Assembly (NCBI RefSeq): GCF_035594765.1
Contig: NC_085842.1
Coordinates: 148,007,036 to 148,071,035 of the forward strand
Direction: 5' to 3'
DNA: 64,000 bases
From: Anolis carolinensis
Lineage: Eukaryota
Positions 1-13,011 of this stretch are shown here, piece after piece (position 1 is the first letter of the stretch; every line of letters begins with the position of its first letter). The notes below the pieces were generated by a model. The model did not search any database. It worked only from the letters and a program-made list of their open reading frames with translations, and had not been told where the DNA came from. A program made the position numbers and the translations under genes.

Positions 1-1045
1 TTATGCCACCAAAATATAATTTGAGGGTCTGAAGGTGATTATGAATTTTTGAGGGCACAACATTTGCCCTCCCGTGACAATAAAAAGGCTGCATCTTGCA
101 GATCTTGCAGTGTGCCAGTGCAGATCAGTGCAGGTCTTCTCTTTCCCAAGATAACCCTTTCATACTCCTCAGGCTGTCCTTTTGATGACTCTCCCCAAAG
201 TTAGTGTGTTTGATTATGGGCTCGGTTGCCTCTCCTGGAAGCTTCGGATTCATCTTTTAAATAGATTGCGAAGCAGACAGTGATGAGGGCTGCACTATTC
301 AATCATTTTAAAGGAAATGAAGATTATCAACTACATGGATATGTTTTGGGCATTTATGGCAGTCCATGCAATCTCTGCAGTCCAAGGGGTATAAAATTGT
401 CTCCTGGGCTCACCCCAGTTGTCCAGCCCTGATTCAGAGTGCTAGACCTCACCATCCATTTTATTCACCAGCTTTCTTTCCTGTGGCAATTTCTTCATCC
501 AACTAATCTTCAGTCATTTCATGTTTTAATCAGTTTTATCATGGGTAAAATGTAACCATTGTTTGATGTCTTATCACTGCTTGTTCTGATTCTTGATTAG
601 CTTTACCCATTCTTTATTTTTAAATTTTTATTCTAACAAATTTCTAACCGTGTTGTGGTTACTAGCTGCCTGTGTTATTATATGTAGGAAAAGACAGGAC
701 ATAAATCAGTGGATTCTCCTCCTTCACCATCACCATCATCATCATAATAGCTGCCAATACATGATCTTACTGAGAAATGTTGCGTTTTTGTGAAAAGGAT
801 GGCAGGTTAAAACAACTTGGTGGTGGTGTGAAGGAGCAACAGAAGTATAGGGGAACAGAAATGGGGGAGATTGGGGCTCCAACTCAACAAATTGATACGG
901 ATAGTTAAGGAAAGTGCTGTAAAAATCCAAAATCTTCAAAATGCTTCACATTCATTTTTCAGTCATTTTTACATCAATCCAAGTAGGTCAGTATTCAGTG
1001 TGGGTAATTGGGGTGGAAGTGGGAAGGAGAGAAGCACTAAACCCT

Positions 1046-1075
1046 AGAGAGAAAGAGAGAGAGAGAGAGAGAGAG
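1046..1075. repeat. (GA)n microsatellite
   Basis: Direct GA dinucleotide run. Confidence 0.9.
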
Positions 1076-1284
1076 TTACTTGTTTAAAGGATTCTGGGTA
1101 TATTCATGATAGAAACAAAACAAGAATTAGAGGGAATAAGAATTTTAATGGGCACATGAATAGAAAACCTTTGGCACCCTATCAGGTTTGGCCAACATTT
1201 CCCATCATCCTTAGCCAGTATAGCCAATGATAAGGAATTATGGATATTCAGAGTTCTACACAATTTTACCCTGAATGTTCAGTT

Positions 1285-1451
1285 ATTATTATTGTCCTGG
1301 TTTTAATTCTGTTGATGTGATTTTATTATTTTACGTAGTTATAATGTTTTTAATTGATTGTTCTGTGTTTTAATTTGTGTTGTTGGGCTTGTCCCCATGT
1401 GAGCCGCCCCGAGTCCATTCGGGGAGATGGAGGCGAGATACAAAAATAAAG

Positions 1452-1489
<38 letters not shown>

Positions 1490-1509
1490 ATTATTATTAT
1501 TATTATTAT
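1285..1509 (+). mobile_element. L2 LINE 3' end with (GTT)n(ATT)n tail
   Basis: T-rich 3'UTR, then GTGAGCCGCCCCGAGTCC...GGGGAGATGGAGGCG...AATAAA and a trinucleotide tail, typical of squamate L2 3' ends. Confidence 0.8.
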
Positions 1510-1618
1510 ATTGTAGTCAAAAGCATCTGATAGCCACTTGTTCCCAGACTTAATGGAACTCACTAGCAACCTCATCACTTTGCCTTTTTCTCCCTGTTCT
1601 AGAACGCCAATGCAGCCA

Positions 1619-1896
1619 GCATCCCATCACATGATGCACAGCTACTTCTGCTGAAGTGTTCTTCAATGGGGAACTCTGAACATGGGACACTACCCATGTT
1701 CAGATTAAAAATGCTGGGGACAGAGTGGGAGCAAGCCAGAAAGATATGCTTTCCAGTGTGTGATGGGCAAAGAAGGTGATGTGGACGATGCGGGACACTG
1801 GGCAACGAATTTGCCCCGCTACCCCACAATTTGCCCTGCTGCCTTACAGATTCCCCTGCTGTTCTCTGCATCAAGGACCTCCATGTGATGAGGCCC
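1619..1896. mobile_element. Degenerate Harbinger-like MITE
   Basis: Ends CATCACATG / CATGTGATGAGGCC; perfect internal 12-bp hairpin TCTGAACATGGG-n6-CCCATGTTCAGA (1675-1704). Confidence 0.4.
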
Positions 1897-4800
1897 TGAC
1901 CTTAGACTCATCCTAACCTCCTATTTTCCTCACTGGGATTTTCCATCGAGTGCCAATGTGGAGAATCATAGTAACAATTACACTACCTTGAGATCCCTCT
2001 ACCCCTGGAAAATTAGGGTATGATTGTAGCAATAAACAAATAAAGGGAACAGTGATTTCTTGACTAATACTTTGAACTAATAGTGTAGGATTGTTAACAA
2101 AGATTTCTACAAATGTTTTTAATATTTTAAATTCCATAGATGCTCAGAATCTACAGGACTTTGCTGATGAAGAATTCTGTCTTTTAGTGTTAATTTTCAG
2201 TTGCCTTTTTCCTTTCAGCTATGGCGAGAGCTATTTTTGTCCCGATCCCATTGCATTAAACCTGCAACAAGGCAAAATCTTTTGCCTTAGGGATGATGAG
2301 CTGTGATTAACAAAAAGGATACATCAGTACAAGTGCCATTGTTTTCACTTCCAGAATCAGGCTGCCTGTAATCTCATAATACTTCTCTAAGCAGAGCAGT
2401 CAGGGCAAAATATTGTAGACTATTGTTCCTCCACTCCAAACTGGAACCAAATTAGATTCAGGATGGAAAATGAAAAATTACATACTGGCTTTTCTTAGGA
2501 GTCTCTTATGCAAATACCAACCTAAACTGACCTGGCTCAGTCACCTGTCAGCCTGACTCATTCATAGTGGTCAGGCTGTTATAAAAAGTTGCAACAATGC
2601 TGGCTGGTTCTAGAGTCTTAAGCCATCCACCGAGCATTGCTGCCATCAGCCTTGCTGCCTATGTTGACTGTCCTCAAAAGCTTTCACCAAGTATCTGCCA
2701 GTTCATCTGTTTCCATATCTGGTAGCTGGAGTTCTCCCCTGACCAGAAACCCAACAAGCAGTGCACTAGGCAGCAACTGGGTATAGAAACAGTCAAACTC
2801 AGGTCATGCTGATGGAATGGCAGCAATATATGTGTGTGTGTCAGCATGCATGTACCTCAACTATGTACAGCATACAGTATGTTTGTGTATGCATATTCAT
2901 GTAACAAATTAAATATGCTTTAGATATTTGATTCTTTGGCCACAATGAAAACATTTTCTTTGATGATCATGTGGGTTCTTTTGATCTCTAGTCTGTGACT
3001 ATGATCTGCTATGCCTGTGTTTCAAGTTTCTACTGAATGACCTCCAGGGCAGTCCCTTCCACCTCAGTGTTTTTCACTGGAAAATGGACAAAAAAAATTC
3101 TAATCTACAATTGTAAATATCACCATGCTACATATGTGTATTTTCCATATAGAAGATGTGTGTGTTCTGCCATTGGATTCTTATGGTTTTCGGGGACAGA
3201 CAAAGTCCCCCATTCAAAAAAGGAAGGGAGGAATTATTTCCCTCCATACACTCCTGAAGGCATTCAAAAGTGGCAGGTTTTGCATAAAGCAGGTTATAGT
3301 GGCCTCCAAAGACGCCTCTGCCCCAAAAGCTAAAACAGTAATGTATGTCCAAATTTTGAAAGTCTTTATCCATGCAGGGTGGCTGAAGTTGTGAACAAAA
3401 AAGTAATCTAAACTTATCATCCTACTTTAGATGGACAAAGTTTTTTTCCACCACTGTACCGAAGAATACTGCCTCCATCTCTTCCAAATGCTTTCCCACA
3501 ATCAGAGCTTAGAAAAGTAATCATTTTGACTACACTTCAAAAAGCTGCAGTCAAGTTAACATTCCATGAGTTGTTGATTCCAAGAGTAGTAGTCCAAGGG
3601 CAGGTCCTTGTGTCCATTCACTTGTGCAAGGGGCTGTAACACAAATGCTTTGACAGTGTCATTCCTCAGACCTAGAGTCATTTGGGATTTCATTGCATAG
3701 CAAAAGTCTTTGTTTGCAAAGAGGGTTGTCATATGTGCCATTGCTAAGTAGTGATGATTCCATGTTACTACTTTCCTCTGTCTGCATTCAGTTAGATCAT
3801 ACTTCCACAAAAAAAGTACAAGCTCTTCCATTACTCCAATAAGATTTCATGTACATGTCCTATCCATTTCCTACAATTTTATCTATTAACAGCTGGTTGG
3901 TCTGGATCAAAAAAAGCCCTGGGCAACCATTAAACTCATTCTGGTTGTCCTAGAAGTGGCCATCCCTGTAAAATTCTTCCCCAATCCCATTGGTTCTGTT
4001 TGCCTTTGAAATACATCACTTGTAAACAAGACTATATTTCTGTCAAGTTATTCTGTGAGTGTTTCATCAACCATTTTCCAAAGCAGTGCTATTATTGTGC
4101 ACATATCTTGGTTAAGGTCATACATATTCAATGTGTCTGTATGCACTCAGCATGGAATGTACAGCAGATATTGACAGCTTTCAAACCTCGGCTTCTTACT
4201 AGACCTTGCTTTTATGCTTACAGCACACCAGAGGCTTAGGTTAAGGCCAGACAAACGGCTGAATTACTCTAGCCCAGTCTTTTGAACTGCTGTTTCATTT
4301 CCCCCTCTTCTTTTCTAAAAAGAAGTTGCCAATCCTTTGAATCTATAAATGAGGGAGAGAGGAGGGCAGGGAGGGAAGGAGGGAGAATGCACATGCATGC
4401 CCACACTCACAAACACATGAAATGAGGCTGGTGCTGCTTTCAGTTCCCAGTATATAAAATTTCTCCCTCCCAACAAATCTTGTTCTAGCTAGTCCTTCCC
4501 AGCATTTTCCAGATTCTGCCAGAATCCAACATTTATGATATAACGAATGTTGTATATGTATGTAATGTATTTTAAGTGCAGATTCCATTTCATTGACACA
4601 CAATTTTATTTTACTTTATTTTTAGCACAGTATATCCAGTTCAGATTTTAATGGCTAGCCTTACATCTATGGAAGGTGTATTACTCCCACACCCTGGAAC
4701 ACATGAGTTGAACTAAGGCCCACAATATTATCAATGGATTTGTAGGACAGAGGATTAGTTAACTTGCCCTCTTTTGCTTGCTGGTGGAATAGATTATCTT

Positions 4801-5921
4801 AACCTAAGATGAGAACCAGTGCATCCTCCTTTCTCAGGCAACTCTATCCTGGCCTTGCCCCTTTCTGTCAAGCAACCTCAACATTGTGTTGTTGAGGTTC
4901 CCATTGGCATCCTTAAATGTAGCCATCTGTAACTTCCATCCTATGGTGTTTTGAGGGTTGTAAAATGCCAAAGTACTTAGAATTCTTTAATCCATTCTGC
5001 TACGTCCTGCTCTCTGTGCCCTCCTAATGGCAGAGAGGGATTGGATTCCTCAGATGGCTGAGCTCAAGTCCAGCCCTAGAAATTAGGCAGATCATAGCAT
5101 GTGACAGATGACCTTCCACAAAGACTTTTATCTTCATCTAGGCTCTGTCTGTGACCTTAATACCATACAGGTACAGAGCAAAGATGTTAGCTAGCAAACC
5201 AGTTACATGGTCCAATGGGATTTTGCAGGCCACAAGCTAAGCAATAATTTAAAATCATTCTTAGCCCTGATCCTTCATTGCCAAAACAATTTTCAACCCC
5301 AAATGAAAAAGTATGCTCCTATAAGCCTCCATTTTCAAAATGATGTGACCATGTGGCAATGTTTGAGAGGGGTGTAGAAATAGATAGGTACTGTTTATCT
5401 GGAAGGCTTGAAAATAGGATGATGCAATCCCTGGACCCTCTATGTCTGCATGATCCTGTGTAATCCAATAATGTAATTTCCAGATGTATTTATTAGATAC
5501 ACAGTAATTCATGCATGCTATCATCATTTTGTGACTATATTGCCCAAAGTTTTGTTATTATTGGTTAATCTGCCCTTCTGCTTTATTTCTGACATCCTTG
5601 AATAAATAGACACCGCCAACTCCTATGACCTCTGTGTTTTTTTTAATTGGTGAGCATGGATGCAAGTAATCATTCGTTTTACCCAGAGATAATGGGTACT
5701 CCCTAAGATGTTCACTTTAATGTTTCTATAAATTGGAAATGACTTGAAGGCAAATACTAACAATGGTGAATGTGCTAATAATGCTGCAGTTCGGGCTGGG
5801 CTGGCCATACAAAAAACAAGAGGAAGTGGTGTTGTCTCTGTCTTTTTCAGCTGTCTTGTTGAAGCTGACTGTGCATAGGACTTGAAGGGTTAAATATAGG
5901 ACATTCAGGCCCTCTACTCAC

Positions 5922-6060
5922 ATTCTTCTAGAGAGCTGCAACAGGGACATTGATTGCTTCGTACATCTCATCAGGCTCAGATAGGTAGAAATCAATGGGG
6001 TTAGGTCAGCAGTAAAGGCAGCCAAGATTTGGACGCCTGCCTTTGCTGTCTGGGAAGGAT
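5922..6060 (-). other. Weak candidate exon
   Basis: Minus-strand donor AAT|GTGAGT (intron starts 5921); one frame open up to it (MRCTKQSMSLLQLSRR); no recognised homology. Confidence 0.15.
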
Positions 6061-7283
6061 CTATTGAAAAACGTTTCCCTAACTCTTCTAGCCTCCCCCT
6101 CCCTTCTCCAGTCCCACTCTGAAACTTTTCCATCTACAGTTTGCTCTCTATGGATATTCCTGTGGGAGAAAAATAGTCCTTTTCTTTGAAGAGTGGATTG
6201 TGGGGTTATTTTTGACATCTTGCCTACCTCTCGGACTGGAAAACATTGGCAGTTGCTCATGGCAGACAATGTAAGAAATCCAGCTCTTTATTACTGCATT
6301 GGCTAAAATGTACCCAGTATAGTATTGCTGAATTCAGCACCTAATACTCAAGAAAGACCCTCAGGGTCTCCAATTTTCACTTCTTTCTGCTTTTAAAAAA
6401 ATCATAGCAATACTATATTTGCTCTCTCTTATATTCCCACCTTTTATCAGAGTTTTCAAAGAGATCCCTTGTGTTTTCTAGTTGAATTACGCCCAGAAAT
6501 CTTCAGAACTGTATCTAATACTCCAATAAGACCACCTATTTTCCCACTCTCCCACTTTTTTTCACCTCAGAAATTTTATAAGCAGTATATTAGAGAGCTT
6601 GTTGATATTTCCTCACCTCAGAAATGTTAGCAGCAATATCTTTTTGCTTTCTCTTTTTTGTCTTTCCTTAGAAGCAATGGCTCAGAATCTTTCATTTCAT
6701 ATGAAATATTTCCTGATGAATTCTGAGGAAGCTCCTCAGAGTCCCAGTTTGGAATTTTGGTTTGATTTCTGTCAAATTTCAAAATATCTATCAAAATACC
6801 CCAATGAGTTAGCGCACTCCCCTCTTATTTTCTTTAATTTTCAGTAACATTTTAACCTATCTGAAGTTTGGAAATATAGCACTGACGTTAGAACAATAAC
6901 CTACCACCCTTGGTCAAAACTTGACGTGCCTCAGCACCTTTAGGTGTCTAGCATGATGTCCCAATATGACTACCACAGACATACACTTTTATTATTGCAA
7001 GCATTTTATATCTTCTTTTTCTTCCCTGTCTTCCCCTATACTTTCATGGTAAAGCAGAAGCAAAGAAAGGGCCCCATATACTTTTAACCAGAGAGGGGGG
7101 TTTTTTTATACAGGTGGAAGTATTATTGTTTTGATGGAGGTTGAATTCATTGCTTTGCAAACATCTCCCATGTTGTATGGGAAGAAATGAATGGTTTAAT
7201 ATGACTGGGGTGGTTGACATATAATAATGAAGCTGAAGGAGTGGCTTGCAACAACACTGTAACATAGTCTAATGTTATTATTA

Positions 7284-7505
7284 CAGTTGGTCCTCCACAT
7301 TTGGAGTATAACTTTTATGTATTTGATTAATGCATTCTCTTTAGGAATCTCTCAGTCTTCCAGTGTGGCTCTGTGGTCATCTTCTGCTGGAGGTGGATCA
7401 CAGATAGAATCATGCTGGAGAACTTAGAGACTCTATCATGTTGCAAAAACAAACATGTTTTTTTAAAAAAATTGCAATTGATTTGTGAAATTGGAGGGTC
7501 TGTTG
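7284..7505. mobile_element. Tc1/mariner (Tigger/pogo-type) MITE
   Basis: TA|CAGTTGGTCCTCCA...TGGAGGGTCTGTTG|TA: imperfect TIRs with TA TSD. Confidence 0.6.
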
Positions 7506-7849
7506 TATTCTGATATGGGAAGGGGTGGTTGCCTTATAATTTAAGGCATTCCTACCCCATAAGAATTGTGCTCAAACTCATGTGGTGAAATTTTTAATCA
7601 TGGGCTTAGTCATCTCTAGTAAGCAGCCTTTACACATATTTCATCAAAATTGTGAGAAACATATTCAGCACAAATAAAGTACACTACAAAAGGCTCGTTA
7701 GAATTCTTCAAAGTCCACCAAACTTAATTCTTGAGTAAATTGGGACTCTGGCTAAGATGCTTTGCTTTCCAGACCTTCAGTGAAGTGACCTCTATTCTGG
7801 GCACAGCTGGACATCAACCAATACAGAGGTGGACAAAGACATGACAAAC

Positions 7850-8033
7850 TTATTAATGCTGACATGACTTTAAGTGCCATGGCATTCTAGGATTTGTAGT
7901 TTGGTGAGATAGCAGCACTCACTGGCAGAGGAAGCTCAAGACCTTGTAAAACTACAACTCCCCTGATTCCATAACATTAAACCATGGTGGTTAAAATGTT
8001 ATACCCCATTAATTCTACAGTATATATGCACTC
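7850..8033. mobile_element. Palindromic non-autonomous DNA transposon (Harbinger-like), common squamate family
   Basis: Inverted arms GCCATGG..GATTTGTAGTTT / AAACTACAACTCC..CCATGG; related copies at 52418-52630 and about 57290-57420. Confidence 0.6.
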
Positions 8034-9853
8034 TTAGAGATTGCAATGAAAAATACTGTAAGAGAGAGAGCAAGTGAATCAGCCTTTGTAATGTCGAGTT
8101 CTTCCCAGTTCCTCCAATATGCAAGGTTGTGCAAGAGACTATCTCAGTCAAAATAATATCTATGAGAGAAAAGAAACCATTCTTCTATCATTGTTTAGCT
8201 TCTTTCCTCCTTACAGAAGAATGGTTTCTTTTCTCTCTTAGATATTCTTTTGGCTGATATTGTCTTTTTTGTACAACCTTGCATATCACATAAATTGTGA
8301 AGCTTGTACACAACTACATTTTTTCTTCTCCATCTCCTGCCAGTCTAGATTATGGAATGCCAGATTAGGTCTGTTCAACCTATTAGTTGGGTCACATAGG
8401 CCCAAGGCAAAGTTACTTTTTTACTATAATGTCTTGAAACCCCAGCCAGTATGGGAAGTAGAATTCTGAGAGCTGTATTTCAAAAAGTGACCTTTTCAGC
8501 CTCTTGGACACATCATATTTTTTTCAGCAGTGGGTAAACTGGATCATGTAAATGAAGAATTGACCTTACTGGTGATTTGTTTCACTTGGACAGAACATAC
8601 TGTAGATAGGTCTGGCTGAGCTGGCTTGAATCTGGTCAATCTCTTGATGCAAAACTGTCTAGAACTATAGGTTAACTTGAGCTATGGGTGGGCTGGAGGA
8701 CACTGACCAAGGTTAGCAGGGACCATACAGGATGGAAGCAGGCCAAGGCAACTATCAGAAGGAATGCTGCAGATGATATGATGAAAGACTCTAGGGCAGG
8801 CTGTTGGGCATTGTTGCCCGTGCCTGCTCTAGGGAGGCTTAGACTGTATTGAACGCTAGGATAAGGGTATCACTTATTAGAAATAAGTGGTGAAACCACT
8901 CATCCTGAAGCGCATATGCTCTTGTAGTCACAAATAGAGTTTTAATACTTCCTAAAAGTGAACTTGTTTCTGGGAATGGAACTCAAATAGTCAAATTCTT
9001 CATTCCATCATTTACAGTGGACCAGATCACAGTTCCAATTGTCCAGCTAGCCCAGTTCCCTGGGAGGTCCTGACAACTGATATTTAGAAGGACCTTTGGC
9101 TACCTGCATGTGCCCTTGCAAGCTATGCAGGCACCCACTCAGCTATTTCCAGATCCATTGTGAAAAGCTAGTAATATGAGCGCACGCACAGTCGTACAAA
9201 AGCCCATTATCCGGCTGAACTGAATTATATTTGCTAGCAGCAGGGGGAAGAACAGAGAGCTTTCTCTGTGTCTCTTTAATGCTTCTAAACAATGCAATCT
9301 GCTGCTGGCACTACTGTGTTCCTTTCCCTTGAATGCAAAGAGAGAAAGATCCTCAAGATGGTAATTTATTTGAGAAGCCGCTGGAGTGGGTTTAAACAAA
9401 GAGGCAACTTCGGAGAAAAGAGAAAGAAATCAGTGGAGGCTTTTGAAAAAGGGAAGGAACAGATTTCTAGTAATAAAACTCCTCTGCCTTCCCATTGGAT
9501 TTTTTTTTGTTTCTTTTTCTGAATGCACATTAAAAATGTCTGTTGTGGCAGCAGTCAGGTCCCAATCTACAGGGACAGAACTTGTTGTTTTTGTTTTCAA
9601 CTACCACTCCCAAAATCCTCCAGGAAGCAAGGCCACTGGCCATACAGGCTGGGGGATTGTGGAAAGGGTAACTCCAAAAAAGAAATGTTTTTAATGAGTG
9701 CACTGGGTCCTAAATTATCAGACATCTGATCAGTTAACTCAGTATTGTCACTACTGTCTAGACTAATTGGCAGTTAGCTGATAATTGGTTTTCTCTGATC
9801 CACAGTTTAAGCCAGAAGCCTTTCCCACCTGTGTACCCGGATACAATTGATAT

Positions 9854-9907
9854 TTTATTTACAGTATTTACAGTATTTATATTCCGCCCTTCTCACCCCG
9901 AAGGGGA
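9854..9907 (-). mobile_element. L2 / Anolis SINE2-type 3' tail
   Basis: TATTTACAGTATTTATATTCCGCCCTTCTCACCCCGAAGGGGA is the reverse of an L2-type tail. Confidence 0.7.
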
Positions 9908-10297
9908 TATTGAGAAACTGGACCCCAAATTATGAATTATATAAATGTAAAAATAATACGGCATGTGCCCTTGTCCTGTAGTAATTTCTCTCATGAATTG
10001 TCTTTTGAATGTTGCCTAACACGGCTGGTCCTCAGGCAACAATCCCTCCAGTTTCCATAATCCTCTTACAATGAACTGGGAGATGTGAAGGGAGCACAGA
10101 ATGAACTTACGTCAGTGCTCCTAGGTCCAGTTCCTGGTTTTCTCCTGATATAATCAGGGTCATCTGTGGGAACAGTCCTTCTCCTACACCCCAAGCCAGC
10201 CTCATCTGTTCAGCACCCATTGAAATGGTCATAATCTTCAAGCACCTATTGCATACTTTGGATTACCTCTATCATTTCCACCAAAACCAAACCATTA

Positions 10298-10435
10298 AGT
10301 TATTTATTTATTTATTTATTTATTTCCGATATTTCTACCCCGCCCTTCTCCCCGAGGGGACTCAGGGTGGCTTATACAACAGGCAGGATCACTACCAGTA
10401 TATCATAATACAATAAAATAATAAAACAGTTAAAA
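10298..10435 (-). mobile_element. L2 3' end
   Basis: (TTTA)n tail then CCCCGCCCTTCTCCCCGAGGGGACTCAGGGTGGCTTA. Confidence 0.75.
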
Positions 10436-10922
10436 TGAGTCCATTGTCCAATGCCACACCTCATTCCTTCCTGACAACATGCCTCTCAGAAGCGGATTGA
10501 TAAACAAACTGCTTCAATGGCAGTTTATTACATTTCCCACCACCATGAAGAGTCAAGCATTGATGTCATTGTACAGAGTCCTGAGCCAATCAGGACACAG
10601 ATCTTAGCCGGACAGTTTCTAAGCCAATAAGGAGCAAGCACAGGTTTATTGAATAGCTGTCAAATGAAATAGAAATGCTCTGTATTTGCAATTGTGGTAT
10701 GTTAGTACTTTGGAGCACTTTAGTACTTTTCTCCATTTATATCCTCTTTGACCCTTAAATCCTCTGATTTTGCCTTCTATCTGCATGTGTCTGAGTCAGT
10801 CTTCTGAGAAGCTAAACATGCTGGGCCCCTGAACCCACTGTGCTTTTGAAAGCTGAAATTTACAACACAGTTCCTGACATCTCCTTCTGTAAGCTAGATG
10901 TGTGCTCTACTATGAAACTATA

Positions 10923-12381
10923 TGTTGCACCCCAGCTGTGGGACACCTTTTCACCCAGACACCATGCAGGGATGAGATAATCCACTAAGTAAAGTTTATT
11001 AAGAAAAAAATATAAAAGATAAGAAGAAGCACACTAAAAAAGAACCATCCAAATTCCAAAGGACAAATCCAGAAACTTCAAAGTTGTTGTGTATAGATGA
11101 CAATCAATTTCATGAATCAAATCACAGGAATTCAAAAACTTGGAACTGCACTTTGAGTCAATACAGTGAAGCATGGCAAAATCCATACACTTTATCAGTT
11201 ATATACAGAACTTGAAAATGAAACAGAGAATCAACCAGATCAAAAATCATAAAGACTTGAACAGGAATTGAAATCCAGGAATTTGAAACTTGAACAAGCA
11301 AACATGAACAAGACCCAATAATCAGAAACTTGAACACCTTGAAGCAAAGCCATAAAACTTAAGAGTTGTTCCCACTTGAAATGCAACGTTGTTCTCACAA
11401 AGAGCAGTCTGCTTAAAGTCGACTTAAAAGCCAAAATTCCCTCTCATGACATCACTTCTCATACAGCTGGTTCTTTGCTGCTTATCTTGAAGCCTCTGAG
11501 AAAAATATGTCTGTCTCTCTTTCACACTCTCACGATGCAATTGCAGCTGTTCTGACCTAGGGAAAAACTCACACTCCCCCACATTCCTCTCAGGAGAAAA
11601 CTCTGGCAGAATCTCATGGGAACAGATTTTGCTTTATCTAACATTCTGAGAACTTCCAGGAGATTTACTAACACATCTCTCCATGCCACTTCCATTCCTC
11701 AAAACCCTCCTAAGACCCCTCAAAATCCCCTTCCTCATCCTCTGAAGCAGGGGTCCCCAAACTGCAGCCCGTGGGCCATATGCGGCCCATCAAAGCCATT
11801 TATCCGGCCCCTGCGGTGGCTGCTCCTGCCTCCGCTGAGGAAGGTGCGTGCGGTACAAAGGAGAAGGAGGGAAAGGCGTGTGCCTTTCCCTCCTCCCTCA
11901 TCCCATGCGCACCTTCCAACTGCTGCCGAGGAAGGCGCGCATGGGGTGAGGGAGGAGCCTCCTCACTCACACCACATGTGCCTTTCCCACCTCCTTCCTC
12001 GCCCAGTGCGCACCTTTCAAAACTTTGCTTGTGTTTATAATGGTATTTTAATTATTATTTAATTAATAATTATTAAGGGGTGCTTTGCTAGTGCTTTTGG
12101 TGCACAAAGGCAGAAGGGGGTTGGACTCAATGGCCCAAGGGGTCTCTTCCAACCGTCTTTATTATTTTTATTATGATTATGATATTATTAACATTGAGGC
12201 TGTATTTGTTCCCATTTTAAAAAAATTCAAAATAAGGTATGTTCAGTGTGCATAGGAATTTGTTCATAGTTTTTTTAAAAAAAACTATAGTCCGGTCTTC
12301 CAACAGTCTGAGGGACCGTGATTTGGCCCCCTGTTTAAAAAGTTTGGAGACGCCTGCTCTGAAGCATCAGATTCTTCAACA
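10923..12381 (-). mobile_element. Gypsy-type solo LTR, interrupted by a hAT MITE
   Basis: TGTTG...CAACA termini; perfect 5-bp TSD CTATA (10918-22, 12382-86); minus-strand AATAAA near the left end; similar to the LTR at 58329. Confidence 0.85.
11748..12356 (+). mobile_element. Non-autonomous hAT transposon, OC1/OposCharlie1-like
   Basis: TIRs CAGGGGTCCCCAAACT / AGTTTGGAGACGCCTG; perfect 8-bp TSD CTCTGAAG; subterminal TAGTCCGG..CCAAC.GTCTGAGGGAC..GGCCCCCTGTTTAAAAAGTTTG. Confidence 0.85.
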
Positions 12382-12714
12382 CTATAATCTGCTCCTAGGA
12401 TTGCCAGTTCAGGGTTGTCATAGGCCTTGAAATTTCCAGAACAAAACCTGAGATATAGAGATAGCCTCTGGTGATGTTAGGATTATGCATTAAATACCAA
12501 TCGCACTTCCTTAAGCTTGTCATTCAAATGCACAGAATGGCTACATATTTTCCTGATCGGAAATTAAGGTGATAGGATTTTTTTTAGATCAAGGTGAATT
12601 AGGGGATTGTTCTCACTTACATAGTGAGACAAGATAAGGAAAAATTAATCTAGGGTCTAATTCCATTCAAGGCATGAGATCCTATTTGATAATGTAATCA
12701 GCACTTAGTTAGAC

Positions 12715-12832
12715 TAGGTGCTGTGGGCTATATTTCAGAGGAAGGAACTGGCAAAACCAGCTCCTAAGATTCCTTGTCTTAAAAAACCTATGCAAAATTC
12801 AAGAGGTCACTACAGGCAACTTGAAGGCATGT
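12715..12832 (+). mobile_element. Old squamate SINE fragment with RTE-type tail
   Basis: CAGAGGAAGGAACTGGCAAAACC...CCTATG.AAATTCA..GGTCAC...ACTTGAAGGCA; similar pieces at about 47990-48155 and 48690-48832. Confidence 0.5.
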
Positions 12833-12842
12833 TACCTTATCC

Positions 12843-13011
12843 TGGATCCACTTTAAATCCAGTTTCTGCCTCCTACAGAATTCTGGGGCTTGGAGTTTAG
12901 GGAGGGGGCTCAGCCAGAGAGGCCCTGGGCCTTACTAAACTACAAACCCCAGAATTCTGCCGGTAGCAGAAACTGGATTTAAAGTGGATCCATACTCTGG
13001 CGTGATGAGGC
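12843..13011. mobile_element. Fold-back MITE (Harbinger-like)
   Basis: 58-bp inverted arms at 12843-12900 and 12935-12992 (TGGATCCACTTTAAATCCAGTTTCTGC...); ends GTGATGAGGC. Confidence 0.7.

Noticed and set aside
1603-1774. Plus-strand exon-like segment with a good acceptor and open frame
   Set aside because: Lies mostly within a MITE, weak donor, no recognisable peptide
5521-5545. Partial match to miR-153 (ATAGTCACAAAA on the minus strand)
   Set aside because: Only 12 nt, seed differs, and no complementary hairpin arm
6333-6341. REST/RE1 left half-site TTCAGCACC (also at 10209)
   Set aside because: Right half GGACAG is absent
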